Notes: generated from the letters alone by a model not told the origin. A stretch of DNA of 61,187 bases from Pirellulales bacterium (GCA_040901675.1 JBBDYJ010000006.1:1-61187); one strand, 5' to 3'. Shown: positions 9,463 through 20,098, counted from the stretch's first letter. Numbers and translations: made by a program.

Positions 9463-9561
9463 GCCGAATCGTTCAGGGCAAATCGGGAACCACTCGACAG
9501 GAGGGTCTTAGGTCTTGGTACTTGGGCCGAATCGTTCGGGGTAAATCGGGAACCACTCGAC
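9463..9561. repeat. Two 36-bp direct repeats separated by 27 nt
   Basis: GCCGAATCGTTCRGGGYAAATCGGGAACCACTCGAC at 9463-9498 and 9526-9561, 2 mismatches. Confidence 0.85.
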
Positions 9562-9567
9562 CGCCAG

Positions 9568-9635
9568 CACTGCTTCTCGCAGCCGGCACGCCGGCTGGCT
9601 CCAAGCAGTGGCACCGGTCGGCTCCAAGCAGTGGC
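9568..9635 (-). repeat. REP-like family I (GTGCCACTGCTT...AAGCAGTG hairpin)
   Basis: CACTGCTTCTCG..CCAAGCAGTGGCAC plus a second GGCTCCAAGCAGTGGC; related copies at 62-91 and 61143-61187. Confidence 0.75.
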
Positions 9636-9637
9636 GG

Positions 9638-10777
9638 TCAATCGGGGAGCTTGAAGTCGGCAATCCAGAGCTGGCTGGAGCCGTCGGCCGTGCGGTTGCT
9701 GGTCCACATCAAGCGGCGGCCATCGGGCGAGAAGACCGGCAGCACGTCGGCCGACGGGTGGTCGGTCACCCGCTGCGGCGGGCCGGCCGAAAGGCGTCCG
9801 TCCTGGACCTCGTACCGCATCAGCCAAAGGTCGTAGTTGGGCCGGGCCGCGGGGTCGGAGTGGTCGGCGCCGGCCCAGATGATCCAAGGCTGAGTGGGAT
9901 GCCAGTAGGGGGCCCAATTGACCCCCTGGTTGTCGGTCAAGGCCACCTCGTTTTTGCCGTCGATCCCGATGCAGTAGATCTGCAGCATGTCCTTTTGCTT
10001 GCGGTCGCTGCGGAAGACGACCCAGCGGCCGTCGGGCGAGATAAATGGGCCGCCGTCGTAACCGGGTGCGTTGGTCAGCCGCCGGACGTTCGAGCCGTCG
10101 GCGTCCATCAGGTACAGATCGGGATCGCCGTCGCGGGTGCTGGCAAAAGCGATCTGGGTGCCATCGGGCGACCAGGCACCCTCGGCGTCGTAGCCGGGCG
10201 CGTTGGTCAAGCGGCGGAGGACGTTGCCGTCCAGGTCGGCCTCGAAGATGTCGTAGTGCGGGTCAAAGCTCCAGTCGTAGCGGCGCCGGCGGCCGCTGGC
10301 GGCGTCGTCGGCCTGGCGGCGGCGCTCGAGTTCCTCGGTTTCGCTCAGCTTGGGGTCGAGGTGGCTGGAGGCAAACAGCAGCCGCGTGCCGTCCGGCGAG
10401 AAGTAACTGCAAGTCGTGCGGCCTCGGCCGGTGCTGATCCGCTTGGGCTGGGCTGCGCCCAACGGCTGGGTGTAGATCTGGTAAAACGGGTAGTCGGCGG
10501 TGACTGCCTGGTAGATGATGGTCGTGCCGTCGGGAGAAAAGTACCCCTCGCCCGCTTTGACAAAGCCGCCCTGGCTGCGCTGGGCGGTCACCTGCCGGAT
10601 GTTCGAGAGCAGGACGGGTTCGATCGAGTCGCGGGGGGCCCCTTTTTCGGCGGCCGGCTCCTGGGCCATCGACTGCGACGTGAAGGCGGCCAGTGCCAGG
10701 CAAACCAGCAGCAAGGGGCAACGGCGCCGGAGGCGAGGGCTGGACGGGGAACGATGCGACGGGCCGGGATGCGACAT
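9638..10777 (-). CDS. Secreted TolB-like beta-propeller (PD40/WD40-like repeats)
   Basis: Signal-peptide-like N-terminus; repeated FSPDG/WSPDG and RRLTNAPGYD units; start chosen at ATG 10777. Confidence 0.88.
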   Translation of the reverse strand: MSHPGPSHRSPSSPRLRRRCPLLLVCLALAAFTSQSMAQEPAAEKGAPRDSIEPVLLSNIRQVTAQRSQGGFVKAGEGYFSPDGTTIIYQAVTADYPFYQIYTQPLGAAQPKRISTGRGRTTCSYFSPDGTRLLFASSHLDPKLSETEELERRRQADDAASGRRRRYDWSFDPHYDIFEADLDGNVLRRLTNAPGYDAEGAWSPDGTQIAFASTRDGDPDLYLMDADGSNVRRLTNAPGYDGGPFISPDGRWVVFRSDRKQKDMLQIYCIGIDGKNEVALTDNQGVNWAPYWHPTQPWIIWAGADHSDPAARPNYDLWLMRYEVQDGRLSAGPPQRVTDHPSADVLPVFSPDGRRLMWTSNRTADGSSQLWIADFKLPD

Positions 10778-10891
10778 TTCCGTTCCTATGATGATGGGAG
10801 TGCTTGTTCCGGAGAATACCGTTGAGCAGCCGGGACGAGGAGGTCGAGCGGGCGGGCAAGGCAACAACGCAACTTATTATAGGCAGGGCCG

Positions 10892-11449
10892 ATGAAGATT
10901 TACACCAAGACGGGTGACACGGGGGAGACGGGACTGTTTGGAGGGCCGCGGGTCCGCAAAGACGCGGACCGCATCGAGGCCTACGGGACGGTCGACGAGC
11001 TGAACGCGGCACTCGGCCTGGCTCGCTCGGACGGCTTGCCACGGGAGACCGACGAACTGCTGGAGCGGGTGCAGAACGAGCTGTTCTCCCTGGGCGCGGA
11101 GCTGGCCAGCCCCGACCCGCAGCGTTCGGGGACCGCCCTGATCGGACCGGCCCAGGTGGCGGCACTCGAGCAGGCGATCGACCAGAACGAGCTGCCGTTG
11201 GAGCCGCTCAAAGAGTTCATCCTTCCCGGCGGGGTCCGTGGGGCGGGCTGCCTGCACCTGGCCCGCACGATCTGCCGGCGTGCGGAACGGCGGTTGGTGA
11301 CGCTGGCCGGGGCCGAGCCGGTGTCAGCGCACCTGGTCGAGTACCTCAATCGGCTGGGCGACCTCTTGTTTGTGCTGGCCCGAGTCGTGAACCTGCGGTC
11401 GGGATTGGCCGACGTCCGGTGGAAGCGGCCCCGGCCGCCGGGTGACTGA
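10892..11449 (+). CDS. pduO: ATP:cob(I)alamin adenosyltransferase, PduO type
   Basis: MKIYTKTGDTGET, AYGTVDELN, ARTICRRAER and YLNRLGDLLF motifs. Confidence 0.92.
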   Translation: MKIYTKTGDTGETGLFGGPRVRKDADRIEAYGTVDELNAALGLARSDGLPRETDELLERVQNELFSLGAELASPDPQRSGTALIGPAQVAALEQAIDQNELPLEPLKEFILPGGVRGAGCLHLARTICRRAERRLVTLAGAEPVSAHLVEYLNRLGDLLFVLARVVNLRSGLADVRWKRPRPPGD

Positions 11450-11490
11450 ACATTCCTGCAAGAGCCGGGTGACTGAACATTCCTGCAAGA
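11437..11490 (+). repeat. Perfect 27-bp tandem duplication spanning the pduO stop
   Basis: GCCGGGTGACTGAACATTCCTGCAAGA x2. Confidence 0.9.
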
Positions 11491-11587
11491 ATAGCCCTGG
11501 CAAGGCTTTACCCGACGCTTTTCGATCGGTAGGCTTGTGAACCTGAAGCAGGTGCGCTGAATAACCCCTTGCACGGGAGCACGTTCG

Positions 11588-13090
11588 ATGGCGGCTGGAA
11601 GATGGTTGGGGTTGATCCTGTGTTCGCTGGTGCTGGGGCTTGCCGCACAGCAAGCGGCATGTGCCCAGGAGGATGGGGCGGATCCAGCGACCGAACGGCC
11701 TGATGAGACGTTTCTCATAGGGGAAGAGGGCGCCGCGCCGGTCGACGAGAGAACCAGCGCCGGAGCGGACGAGGCGGCCGAGTCAGCCGACGAGATCGAC
11801 CGTGGCGATCATGCGTGGATGCTGATGTCGTGCGCCTTGGTGCTGATGATGACGGCGCCGGGGCTGGCCATGTTCTACGGCGGCCTGGTGCGGAAGAAGA
11901 ACGTGCTGGGCGTGATGATGCAGTGCTTCTTCCTGATGGGCCTCAACACGATGATCTGGGTCCTGTACGGCTACTCGCTGGCATTCGGCGGCACGCCCGG
12001 TGAAGAGGGGTACAACCGGTGGATCGGCAACACCGAGTACTTGTTCATGCAGAACGTTCAGCCGAGCGTCGACGCGGCGGGCAACCAGACGTGGCCCATG
12101 GAAGGGACGTACCCGCGGCTGACGCACATGTTGTTCCAGGGAATGTTCTTCATCATCACGCCGGCGCTGATTTGCGGCGCCTTCGCGGAGCGGATGAAGT
12201 TTTTGTCGATGGTGCTGTTCACGATTCTGTGGGGCAGCCTGGTCTACTGCCCGCTGTGCCATTGGGTTTGGGACGGCGGCATTCTGGCCTACGATGCGGT
12301 TGCCATGCAGCCTGCCGAACATGCGATTTTCGGCGCTTTGGACTTTGCGGGGGGCACGGTGGTTCACATCAGCTCGGGTGTTTCGGCTTTGATCTGCGCG
12401 CTGGTGATTGGAAGGAGACTCGGCTTCGGGCACGATCCGATGCCGCCCCACAACCTGACCTATACCACGGTCGGCGCCGCGCTGCTGTGGGTCGGTTGGT
12501 TCGGTTTTAACGCCGGAAGCGCACTGTCGGCCAGTGGCCAGGCGGCATCGGCTTTTGCCGCCACGCACCTGGCCGCCGCCGCCGGAGCGGTGGCCTGGGC
12601 GCTCGCGGAGTGGATCGTGCGGGGCAAACCAACCCTGCTGGGCACCTGCTCGGGCGCGGTGGCGGGGTTGGTGTGCATCACTCCCGCGTCGGGCTTCGTG
12701 CTGCCGATGCCGGCCCTGGTGATGGGCCTGGCCGCGGGCGTAGTGTGCTGCGGGGCCTGCCTGTGGCTCAAGTCGAAGCTGCGATACGACGACTCGCTCG
12801 ACGTCTTCGGCATCCACGGCGTGGGCGGCACGCTGGGATCGATCCTCACCGGCGTTTTTGCAACGAAGGCCGTCTTGGGTGGAACCACGTCGGTCGGGCT
12901 GCTCGAAGGCGGCGGGGTGCTGGGGGCCCAAGTGGGCGCGACGCTGGCGACGTGGGTCTTCGCGGCGGTGGCGACGTTTATCATCCTGAAGGTGTTGGAC
13001 TGGACCGTGGGGCTGAGGGTGTCGCAACAGGCGGAGGTCCAGGGGCTCGATCTGAGCCAGCATGGCGAGGAAGGCTATATCTTCATTTGA
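11588..13090 (+). CDS. amtB: Ammonium transporter
   Basis: MTAPGLAMFYGGLVR, DFAGGTVVH, WFGFNAGS and DVFGIHG (twin His); C-terminal GLDLSQHGEEGY. Confidence 0.96.
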   Translation: MAAGRWLGLILCSLVLGLAAQQAACAQEDGADPATERPDETFLIGEEGAAPVDERTSAGADEAAESADEIDRGDHAWMLMSCALVLMMTAPGLAMFYGGLVRKKNVLGVMMQCFFLMGLNTMIWVLYGYSLAFGGTPGEEGYNRWIGNTEYLFMQNVQPSVDAAGNQTWPMEGTYPRLTHMLFQGMFFIITPALICGAFAERMKFLSMVLFTILWGSLVYCPLCHWVWDGGILAYDAVAMQPAEHAIFGALDFAGGTVVHISSGVSALICALVIGRRLGFGHDPMPPHNLTYTTVGAALLWVGWFGFNAGSALSASGQAASAFAATHLAAAAGAVAWALAEWIVRGKPTLLGTCSGAVAGLVCITPASGFVLPMPALVMGLAAGVVCCGACLWLKSKLRYDDSLDVFGIHGVGGTLGSILTGVFATKAVLGGTTSVGLLEGGGVLGAQVGATLATWVFAAVATFIILKVLDWTVGLRVSQQAEVQGLDLSQHGEEGYIFI

Positions 13091-13134
13091 TTTGATCTCG
13101 ATTTGATTTCATGACTGGCGGGACCGATAATTGA

Positions 13135-13524
<390 letters not shown>

Positions 13525-13551
13525 CCAGTTGCGCTTGATGAGTGGCGCTTG

Positions 13552-16212
13552 ATGAGTGTTTCCACCTTGCGGACCCACGTGCTGGCCGTCAAAGAGCGGC
13601 TGGCGGCGGGCCGCGAGAAAATCGAGGCCCGGCATCGCAAGGGCTCGCCGGGCATTCAAGTCTGCTGGGCCCTGAGCGATCTGTTGGACACGCTGGTCCT
13701 GGAGCTGTTCGAGACGGCCTTATCTGACCTGGGCCAGGACGGCCCCGACGGCCTGCGCGGCCAGGTGGCGCTGGTTCCGCACGGCGGGTATGGCCGGCGC
13801 GACGTGGCGCCCTACTCCGACGTCGATCTGATGATCCTGCACACTTCGGCGGCCCGCTCGCAGGTGGTTCCGCTGGCCGAGCGGATGGTGCGCGACTTGT
13901 TCGACGCCGGCATGAACCTGGGGCAAAGCGTGCGGACTCCGGCGGAGGCGTGCCGGCTGGCGCGCAAGGACGCCACGATCTGCACGTCGCTGGTCGAGGC
14001 CCGCTACCTGGCGGGCAGCGTGAAGGTGTACCGCAAGTTCGCCAGCACGTTTCAGAAGCAGGCCCGCCGGCATGGCTGGAGCCTGCTGCGGGCGCTCGAA
14101 AAGGCGCGGCTCGATGAACGCGTGCAGTATGGCGAGACGGTGTACCTGCTGGAGCCCAATGTCAAGCGGTCGCCGGGCGGGCTGCGCGACATCCAACTGC
14201 TGCGGTGGATCGGATTCGTCCGTTACGAGACTCCCGAGCCGGACGGACTGCGGCTGCGCGGGGTGCTGTCGTGGGAGGATTACGAGGCGGTCCGCCGGGC
14301 CCTGGAGTTTCTGCTGCGGCTGCGCAACGAAATGCACTTCCATGCCCGCAAATCGAGCGACGTGCTCGACCGGGTGGAGCAGGTGCGGCTGGCCGAGCTG
14401 TTTGGCTACCAGGGGAGCGAGGGCTTGCTGCCGGTCGAGCAGTTCATGCGGGACTACTTCCGGCTGACGAACGACGTGAGCAACCTGGTTTCCCGGTTTC
14501 AGAAGAGTGCCCGGCGGCGGTCGCGGCTGGTCGAGTGGCTGGCGATGATATTCAGCCACCAGTTCGAGCAGGACTTCCGCGTCGGGCCGACCCACATCAC
14601 GGCCAACCAGCGGGGCCTGGCCAAGCTGCGGGGCAACCTGGCTGAAATCCTGCGGCTGGCCGACTACGCGAACCACGACGACAAGGTGATCGCGCACGAA
14701 ACGCGGGAGACAATTCGCGCGGCGGTGCCGGAGCTGGACGACACCTTGTCGTCGGAGGCCCAGGAGCGGTTTCTGTCGCTCTTGTCGCGCCCGGCGCGGC
14801 TGGGCGAGCTGCTGCGCGACCTGCACTCCATGGGCGTGCTGGAGAAAGTGATTCCCGCCTTCCGGCACGCGCGCTGCCTGCTGCAGTTCAACGAGTACCA
14901 CAAGTACACGGTCGACGAGCACTGCCTGCGCGCGGTCGAGCAGGCGGCCGAGTTCCAGCGCGACACCGGGCCGGTGGGCTGGGTCTATCGCCACATCAAG
15001 CGGAAGTGGCTGTTGCACCTGGCCCTGCTGCTGCACGATCTGGGCAAGGGACATGCCGAGGACCACAGCGAGGTGGGGCTGCGGATTGCCGACGACACGG
15101 CCCGCAGGCTGGGACTGGTGGAGCGGGACGCCGAAACGCTGCGGTTCCTGGTACACAAGCACCTGCTCATGTCGTACCTGGCTTTCCGCCGCGATACCAG
15201 CGATGAGGCCCTGGTGGTGCGGTTTGCCGTCGAGGTCGGCTCGCCCGAGACGCTCCAGATGCTGTTTGTGCTGACCGCCGCGGACCTGGCCGCGGTCGGC
15301 CCGGGCGTGCTGAATGCCTGGAAGGTGGAGGTGCTGGCCGACCTGCACCGCCGGGCGATGCAACACCTGGCGGGCGAGGCGCCGGCCATCAGCCCGCGCG
15401 AGCACCTGCAAAGCCTTCGCGATGAAGTGCTGCCGTTAGTGCCCGAGGAAGGCCGAAGCTGGTTCAAGACACAACTGGCGGCGCTGCCCGTCTCGTATCT
15501 GCGCGCCTCGCGGTCTGGGCAGGTGGCCGAGGACCTGATCCGGTTGCGGAGGCTGTCGCGAGGCGACGCCATCGCGCTGGGCCGCTTTCAGCCGGAGACA
15601 GGCACGGTGGAATACAAGGTAGGGACGTACGAAGACATTACGCCGGGCGTGTTCCACAAGCTGACCGGCGCGCTGGCGGGCCGGGGGCTGCGGATTCTTT
15701 CGGCGGAGATTCATACGCTGGCCGACGGGCTGGTATTCGACCGCTTCTTCGTTCACGATCCGGACTTCAGCGGGGAGCCGCCGCCGGCCCGGCTGGACGA
15801 AGTGAGCCGCGCACTGGTGGCCTCGCTGAAAGCGAGCGGATCGCAACCGCCGACGTTTCGCCGGCTGTGGCGGGCCGGTGAGCAGCGCCGGCAGTCGGCC
15901 TTGAGCCCGCTGCCCATGCAGGTGCGCGTGGACAACGCCACGTCGGACCGCTTCACGATCATCGACGTTTTCGCGGCGGACCGGACGGGGCTGTTGTATA
16001 CGATCGCCAGGGCGCTGTTCCAGTCGGGCCTGTCGGTTTCGGTGGCCAAGATCGGCACGTATCTGGACCAGGTGGTCGACGTGTTCTATGTGACCGACCA
16101 GGCAGGCCGCAAGCTCGAGGACGAGCGCCGGCTGGGGGAGCTGCGGGACCGGCTGCTTTGGGAGATCGAGCAGCTCGAGCGGCAGGAAGCGGCCGCGGTG
16201 GGGGCGCGTTGA
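13552..16212 (+). CDS. glnD: [Protein-PII] uridylyltransferase/uridylyl-removing enzyme
   Basis: GGYGRR..APYSDVDL, EPNVK.SPGGLRD, YHKYTVDEH, LLHDLGKG HD domain and C-terminal ACT domains. Confidence 0.96.
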   Translation: MSVSTLRTHVLAVKERLAAGREKIEARHRKGSPGIQVCWALSDLLDTLVLELFETALSDLGQDGPDGLRGQVALVPHGGYGRRDVAPYSDVDLMILHTSAARSQVVPLAERMVRDLFDAGMNLGQSVRTPAEACRLARKDATICTSLVEARYLAGSVKVYRKFASTFQKQARRHGWSLLRALEKARLDERVQYGETVYLLEPNVKRSPGGLRDIQLLRWIGFVRYETPEPDGLRLRGVLSWEDYEAVRRALEFLLRLRNEMHFHARKSSDVLDRVEQVRLAELFGYQGSEGLLPVEQFMRDYFRLTNDVSNLVSRFQKSARRRSRLVEWLAMIFSHQFEQDFRVGPTHITANQRGLAKLRGNLAEILRLADYANHDDKVIAHETRETIRAAVPELDDTLSSEAQERFLSLLSRPARLGELLRDLHSMGVLEKVIPAFRHARCLLQFNEYHKYTVDEHCLRAVEQAAEFQRDTGPVGWVYRHIKRKWLLHLALLLHDLGKGHAEDHSEVGLRIADDTARRLGLVERDAETLRFLVHKHLLMSYLAFRRDTSDEALVVRFAVEVGSPETLQMLFVLTAADLAAVGPGVLNAWKVEVLADLHRRAMQHLAGEAPAISPREHLQSLRDEVLPLVPEEGRSWFKTQLAALPVSYLRASRSGQVAEDLIRLRRLSRGDAIALGRFQPETGTVEYKVGTYEDITPGVFHKLTGALAGRGLRILSAEIHTLADGLVFDRFFVHDPDFSGEPPPARLDEVSRALVASLKASGSQPPTFRRLWRAGEQRRQSALSPLPMQVRVDNATSDRFTIIDVFAADRTGLLYTIARALFQSGLSVSVAKIGTYLDQVVDVFYVTDQAGRKLEDERRLGELRDRLLWEIEQLERQEAAAVGAR

Positions 16213-16216
16213 AGCG

Positions 16217-17194
16217 TCAGCGAGCGATATGCTCGACGATGCGCCAGTCGAGCCAGCGGCGGTCGGCGTCGTGCCCCAACCGGCCGACAAACCCCAGATG
16301 GCCGCCATGCGATGCCAGGTGGAGCCGGACTGCCGGATTGGATGGCAGCGCTTGAAGGGTCTGGCTGGGCACCAAGGGGTCGTCGCGCGAGGCAATGATC
16401 AGCGTCGGCAGGCGGATCCGCGGCACGAATTGGGCGGAGCTGCACAAGCGGTAGTAGTTGCCGGCCGTGCCGAACCCGCAGACGGGCGCGGTGAAGAACT
16501 CGTCGAACTCCCATAGCCGCTTGGGTGGCTGAACGAAGTCGACCGTGGGCGAGTCGCCCAGCGCCTGGCACCGCTGGCGCAACTGCGTCATGAGCAGCTT
16601 CACGAAATGCCGGTCGTAAAGCCGGTTCTGCAAACGGCGGAGCCGCTCGACCGCCGCCGCCAGGTCGACCGGCGGGCAGACCGCGACGACGCCGTCCAGG
16701 TTGCCGCAGCCGCGGCCGGCCAGTTCGCCGGCCAGCTTGAGGGCGATGTTGCCGCCCAGCGAGAAACCGACCAGCATGGTGGGCGAGCCGGGAGCCAGGC
16801 GCGCGATCTCGTCCAGCGCGGCGGCCGCGTCTTCGGACCGCCCGCTGTGATAGGGGAGCCGCGCCAGGCCGAAGCCGGCGCCGCAGCCTCGCAAGTCCAT
16901 GCGGAAACAACGGACGCCGCGGGCAGACAGTTTCGCGGCCACGCGCTGCATGTAGCCGCTCTGGTGACAGCCGGCCAGGCCGTGGATCAACAGGGCCGTG
17001 CGGCCGCCGGCCTGCCAGTCCGGCGGGCAGTCGTCGTGCAGGACGATCACGTCGCCGTCGCCCAGCGGGAGGCGGTGCTGCCGGGCTGAATAGACCAGCC
17101 GGGGGCCGGGCAGCAACACGCCGGCCAGCGTCTGCATGTGCCCGCTTGCGAGCAAGGGGTGCGGGCGAAAGGGAGGAAACTGCTCGGCAATCAT
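16217..17194 (-). CDS. Alpha/beta hydrolase (YheT-like)
   Basis: GHMQTL, HGLAG, GFSLGGN nucleophile elbow, DDPLV and GGHLGF. Confidence 0.9.
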   Translation of the reverse strand: MIAEQFPPFRPHPLLASGHMQTLAGVLLPGPRLVYSARQHRLPLGDGDVIVLHDDCPPDWQAGGRTALLIHGLAGCHQSGYMQRVAAKLSARGVRCFRMDLRGCGAGFGLARLPYHSGRSEDAAAALDEIARLAPGSPTMLVGFSLGGNIALKLAGELAGRGCGNLDGVVAVCPPVDLAAAVERLRRLQNRLYDRHFVKLLMTQLRQRCQALGDSPTVDFVQPPKRLWEFDEFFTAPVCGFGTAGNYYRLCSSAQFVPRIRLPTLIIASRDDPLVPSQTLQALPSNPAVRLHLASHGGHLGFVGRLGHDADRRWLDWRIVEHIAR

Positions 17195-17201
17195 GCGGGC
17201 A

Positions 17202-18590
17202 TCACGACCAGAGTTCGGCCAGCACGCGTCCCTTGACCAGGGCGTGCTCGCGGCCCAGATGGTCGGTGATAGTGCTCCCCGGATCGATGGCGAGCCAGTC
17301 GTAGATGGTCGCGACCAGGTCCTCCGGAGTCACCGGGCAGTCGATGGGATAGGCACCCTGGTTGTCCGAGGCGCCATATTCCAGGCCGCGTTGCACTCCG
17401 GCGCCGGCCAAGAGCACGCTGTAGCAATGGGGCCAGTGCTCGCGCCCGGCATTCTTCGAGATGCGCGGCGTTCGGCCGAACTCGCCCATGCAGACCACCA
17501 GCGTGTCGGCGAGCAGCCCTCGCTCGTCGAGGTCGTCGAGCAAGGCCGAAAAGCCGGGGTCGAATTTGGGCAGCAGCTTCTGCTTGAGCCGGTTGAAGTT
17601 GTCGGCGTGCGTGTCCCAGCCGTACTCGCCGTTGAGGTCGTTGCCCATGTTGACCTGCACCAGCCGAACGCCGGCCTCGACCAGCCGGCGGGCCAACAAG
17701 CAGCTCTGGCCGAACGTGTTGCGGCCGTACCGGTCGCGCAGCGCCGCGGGCTCGCGCTTCAAATCGAAGGCCAATTCCGTGCGCTGGGAGGTGAGCAGGC
17801 CGAACGCCCGCTGGTAGTATGCGTCGAGCACTTGCATCTCGGCGACTTGCTCGAGCCGCCGGCTCTGGCTGTTGACCGAGTCGCGCAGACGCCGCCTGCG
17901 GTCGAGCGAGCCGATCGAGAGTCCCGGCTCCAGCTCCAGGCCGCCGACCGAAAACTTCGGATTGTTCGGGTCGGATCGGACCAGCCAGGGATCGTATTGC
18001 CTTCCGAGCATGGCCGCACCTTGGCCGGGGACAAGGCGGCCTTGGCCGTCGATCATTTCCCAGGGGAGCGTGATGGCGCTGGGCACCGGCTGGACGGATG
18101 GGGCGGAGCGGTTGACCATGGCGCCGAGTGCCGGGTGGTCGTCGAGCGAGGCATCCGGCCCACGGACGCCCGGGATGCCAGGGTCGGCGGTGCGGGTGCC
18201 GGTCAGCACAAAGCCGACGGCTCCGCCATGGACCAGCCGGTCGTGAGTGACCGAGCGGATCAAGGTGAACCGGTCGTTGCGCTCGGCGAGGCGCGGCAGG
18301 TGCTCACAGTAGACGCTGCCGGGCAGCCGGGTGCGAATGGGACTGAACTCGCCGCGGATGGCGGACGGGCCGTCGGGCTTCATGTCCCACATGTCGAGGT
18401 GCGATGGGCCGCCGAAACAATAGACAAGGATGACGGACCTGGCTCGTGGCTTGTCGTTTGCCTCGGCACGCAGGAGCTGTGCCGATCCGAGGCCCAACAG
18501 GCCGATGCTGCCGGCCTTGAGGAATTCGCGGCGCGAAGAGGCAAGCGATTGGCGAAAGCCGCTGCAGCCTTGGGCTTGTCGGTCGTGCAT
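17202..18590 (-). CDS. DUF1501 domain protein
   Basis: SRREFL, GGPSHLDMWDMKP, LLARRLVEAGVR, WDTH and GEFGRTP..GREHW motifs. Confidence 0.9.
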   Translation of the reverse strand: MHDRQAQGCSGFRQSLASSRREFLKAGSIGLLGLGSAQLLRAEANDKPRARSVILVYCFGGPSHLDMWDMKPDGPSAIRGEFSPIRTRLPGSVYCEHLPRLAERNDRFTLIRSVTHDRLVHGGAVGFVLTGTRTADPGIPGVRGPDASLDDHPALGAMVNRSAPSVQPVPSAITLPWEMIDGQGRLVPGQGAAMLGRQYDPWLVRSDPNNPKFSVGGLELEPGLSIGSLDRRRRLRDSVNSQSRRLEQVAEMQVLDAYYQRAFGLLTSQRTELAFDLKREPAALRDRYGRNTFGQSCLLARRLVEAGVRLVQVNMGNDLNGEYGWDTHADNFNRLKQKLLPKFDPGFSALLDDLDERGLLADTLVVCMGEFGRTPRISKNAGREHWPHCYSVLLAGAGVQRGLEYGASDNQGAYPIDCPVTPEDLVATIYDWLAIDPGSTITDHLGREHALVKGRVLAELWS

Positions 18591-18724
18591 TGCACCGAGC
18601 CTCGCGAAGCGTCGTGGAGCCGGTTTCAGCTACCGCGATTCCTTGCCAATAGGATAACGGGGTGGCTGGGGAAAAGCGATAAGCGTGCCCCAGTTGCGAG
18701 TGAGCAAGTCGTTTCTTTCCGGCC

Positions 18725-20098
18725 CTAGGGGACAACGGCCGGCGGCAGCCGCTCGAGGTACTGGCGATGTAGTCCGCGCATGGCGTGGAGGCGGTCGTGG
18801 AAGGCGGGATCGCCGGCCAGGTTCCGCTCTTCGAGCGGGTCGCGGGCCAGTTCGTAAAGCTCTTCATGCGCCGGCTCGACGTCGAAATACGTGATGTACT
18901 TCCACTCCTTCGTGCGGACCCCCTCGGTACGCGGGATCCGGCCGCCATAATGGAAGTGGTGCTCGTAGAAGAAATCTTGCCGCCAGTCGGCCTGCTCGCC
19001 CGCGAGCATGGGCCGCAGGCTGCCGCCGTCGGTGCCGGCGGGCGCCGGGAGGCCGGCCAGGTCGATAATGGTGGGTGCCAAGTCGAGGTTCAAGACGAGC
19101 TCGTCGGAGGTTTTTCCGCGCCGCTCGGCCGGCAGAGCGGGGTCGCGGACGATCAGCGGCACGCGGATCGATTCTTCGTGCATCAGCCACTTGCCCGACA
19201 GGCCGTGCTCTCCCAGAAAGAATCCGTGATCGGACGTGTAGACCACGACGGTCTGGTCCGCGAGCCGCAGCTCGTCGAGCACGTCGAGGATCTGGCCCAC
19301 CGAGCGGTCGACACCTGCCAGGCAGCGCAGATACTGCCTGACAAATTCCTGGTAGGTCTCGGGGGTGGGATGCCGGCGCTCCAAGCGGATGCGCCCCTCG
19401 GACTCGCGGATGAGGGCGGGCAGCGTTTCGAAATGGGCCTGGTTGTAGGTGGCCGGCACGGGGAACTGGTTTTCGGCGAACAACGGGGCGTCGCGCGGGT
19501 CGGGCAGGAAGGGCTCGTGCGGCGACTTGTAGTTCACCACCAGGCAAAAGGGCTGGTCTTTGGGCACCGTCTTGAGAAAGTCCACGGCCCAGCCGGCCAG
19601 CAGCTCGGAGTTGTGCACCTCCTGCCCGTCGATCGTTTCAAAGAACTCGCCTTGGCCGCCCCAGGCCTGCCAGACATCGAACACTCCTTCCGGCGCCGGC
19701 CCGCCAATGCCCCATTTGCCCAAGCAGCCGGTGCGGTAGCCGGCTTCGTGCAAGAGTGCCGGGTACGTCGCGGCCAGCAATTCGGGAGTCAAGGCGGTCT
19801 GGAAATCGGCGACGCCGTGACTGCGGCCGTACCGGCCCGTCATCAGGCTGGCCCGCGAGATGCAGCAGATCGACGTCGTGACGAAGGCATTGCGAAACAG
19901 CACGCCGCCGGCGGCCAGCCGGTCGATGTTCGGCGTGCGCAGCACTGCGTGGCCCGTGCAGCCGAGCGTGTCCCAGCGCTGGTCGTCGGTGACGAGCACC
20001 ACGAAGCTGGGCCGATCGACGCCGACTTCATCGTCGGCGGTTGCCAGGGGGGCGATGGCCGCCAGCAGGAAAGATGCCACCGCGATCCGGATCATCAT
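18725..20098 (-). CDS. Sulfatase (formylglycine-dependent family)
   Basis: Signal peptide, TDDQRWD, TPNIDRLA, SICCISRASLMTG, GKW, SDHG and ELYEL..DP.E..NLA. Confidence 0.92.
   Translation of the reverse strand: MMIRIAVASFLLAAIAPLATADDEVGVDRPSFVVLVTDDQRWDTLGCTGHAVLRTPNIDRLAAGGVLFRNAFVTTSICCISRASLMTGRYGRSHGVADFQTALTPELLAATYPALLHEAGYRTGCLGKWGIGGPAPEGVFDVWQAWGGQGEFFETIDGQEVHNSELLAGWAVDFLKTVPKDQPFCLVVNYKSPHEPFLPDPRDAPLFAENQFPVPATYNQAHFETLPALIRESEGRIRLERRHPTPETYQEFVRQYLRCLAGVDRSVGQILDVLDELRLADQTVVVYTSDHGFFLGEHGLSGKWLMHEESIRVPLIVRDPALPAERRGKTSDELVLNLDLAPTIIDLAGLPAPAGTDGGSLRPMLAGEQADWRQDFFYEHHFHYGGRIPRTEGVRTKEWKYITYFDVEPAHEELYELARDPLEERNLAGDPAFHDRLHAMRGLHRQYLERLPPAVVP

Noticed and set aside
11495..11580. 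Sigma54 promoter upstream of amtB
   Set aside because: TGGCA and TTGC elements are present but not at the -24/-12 spacing.
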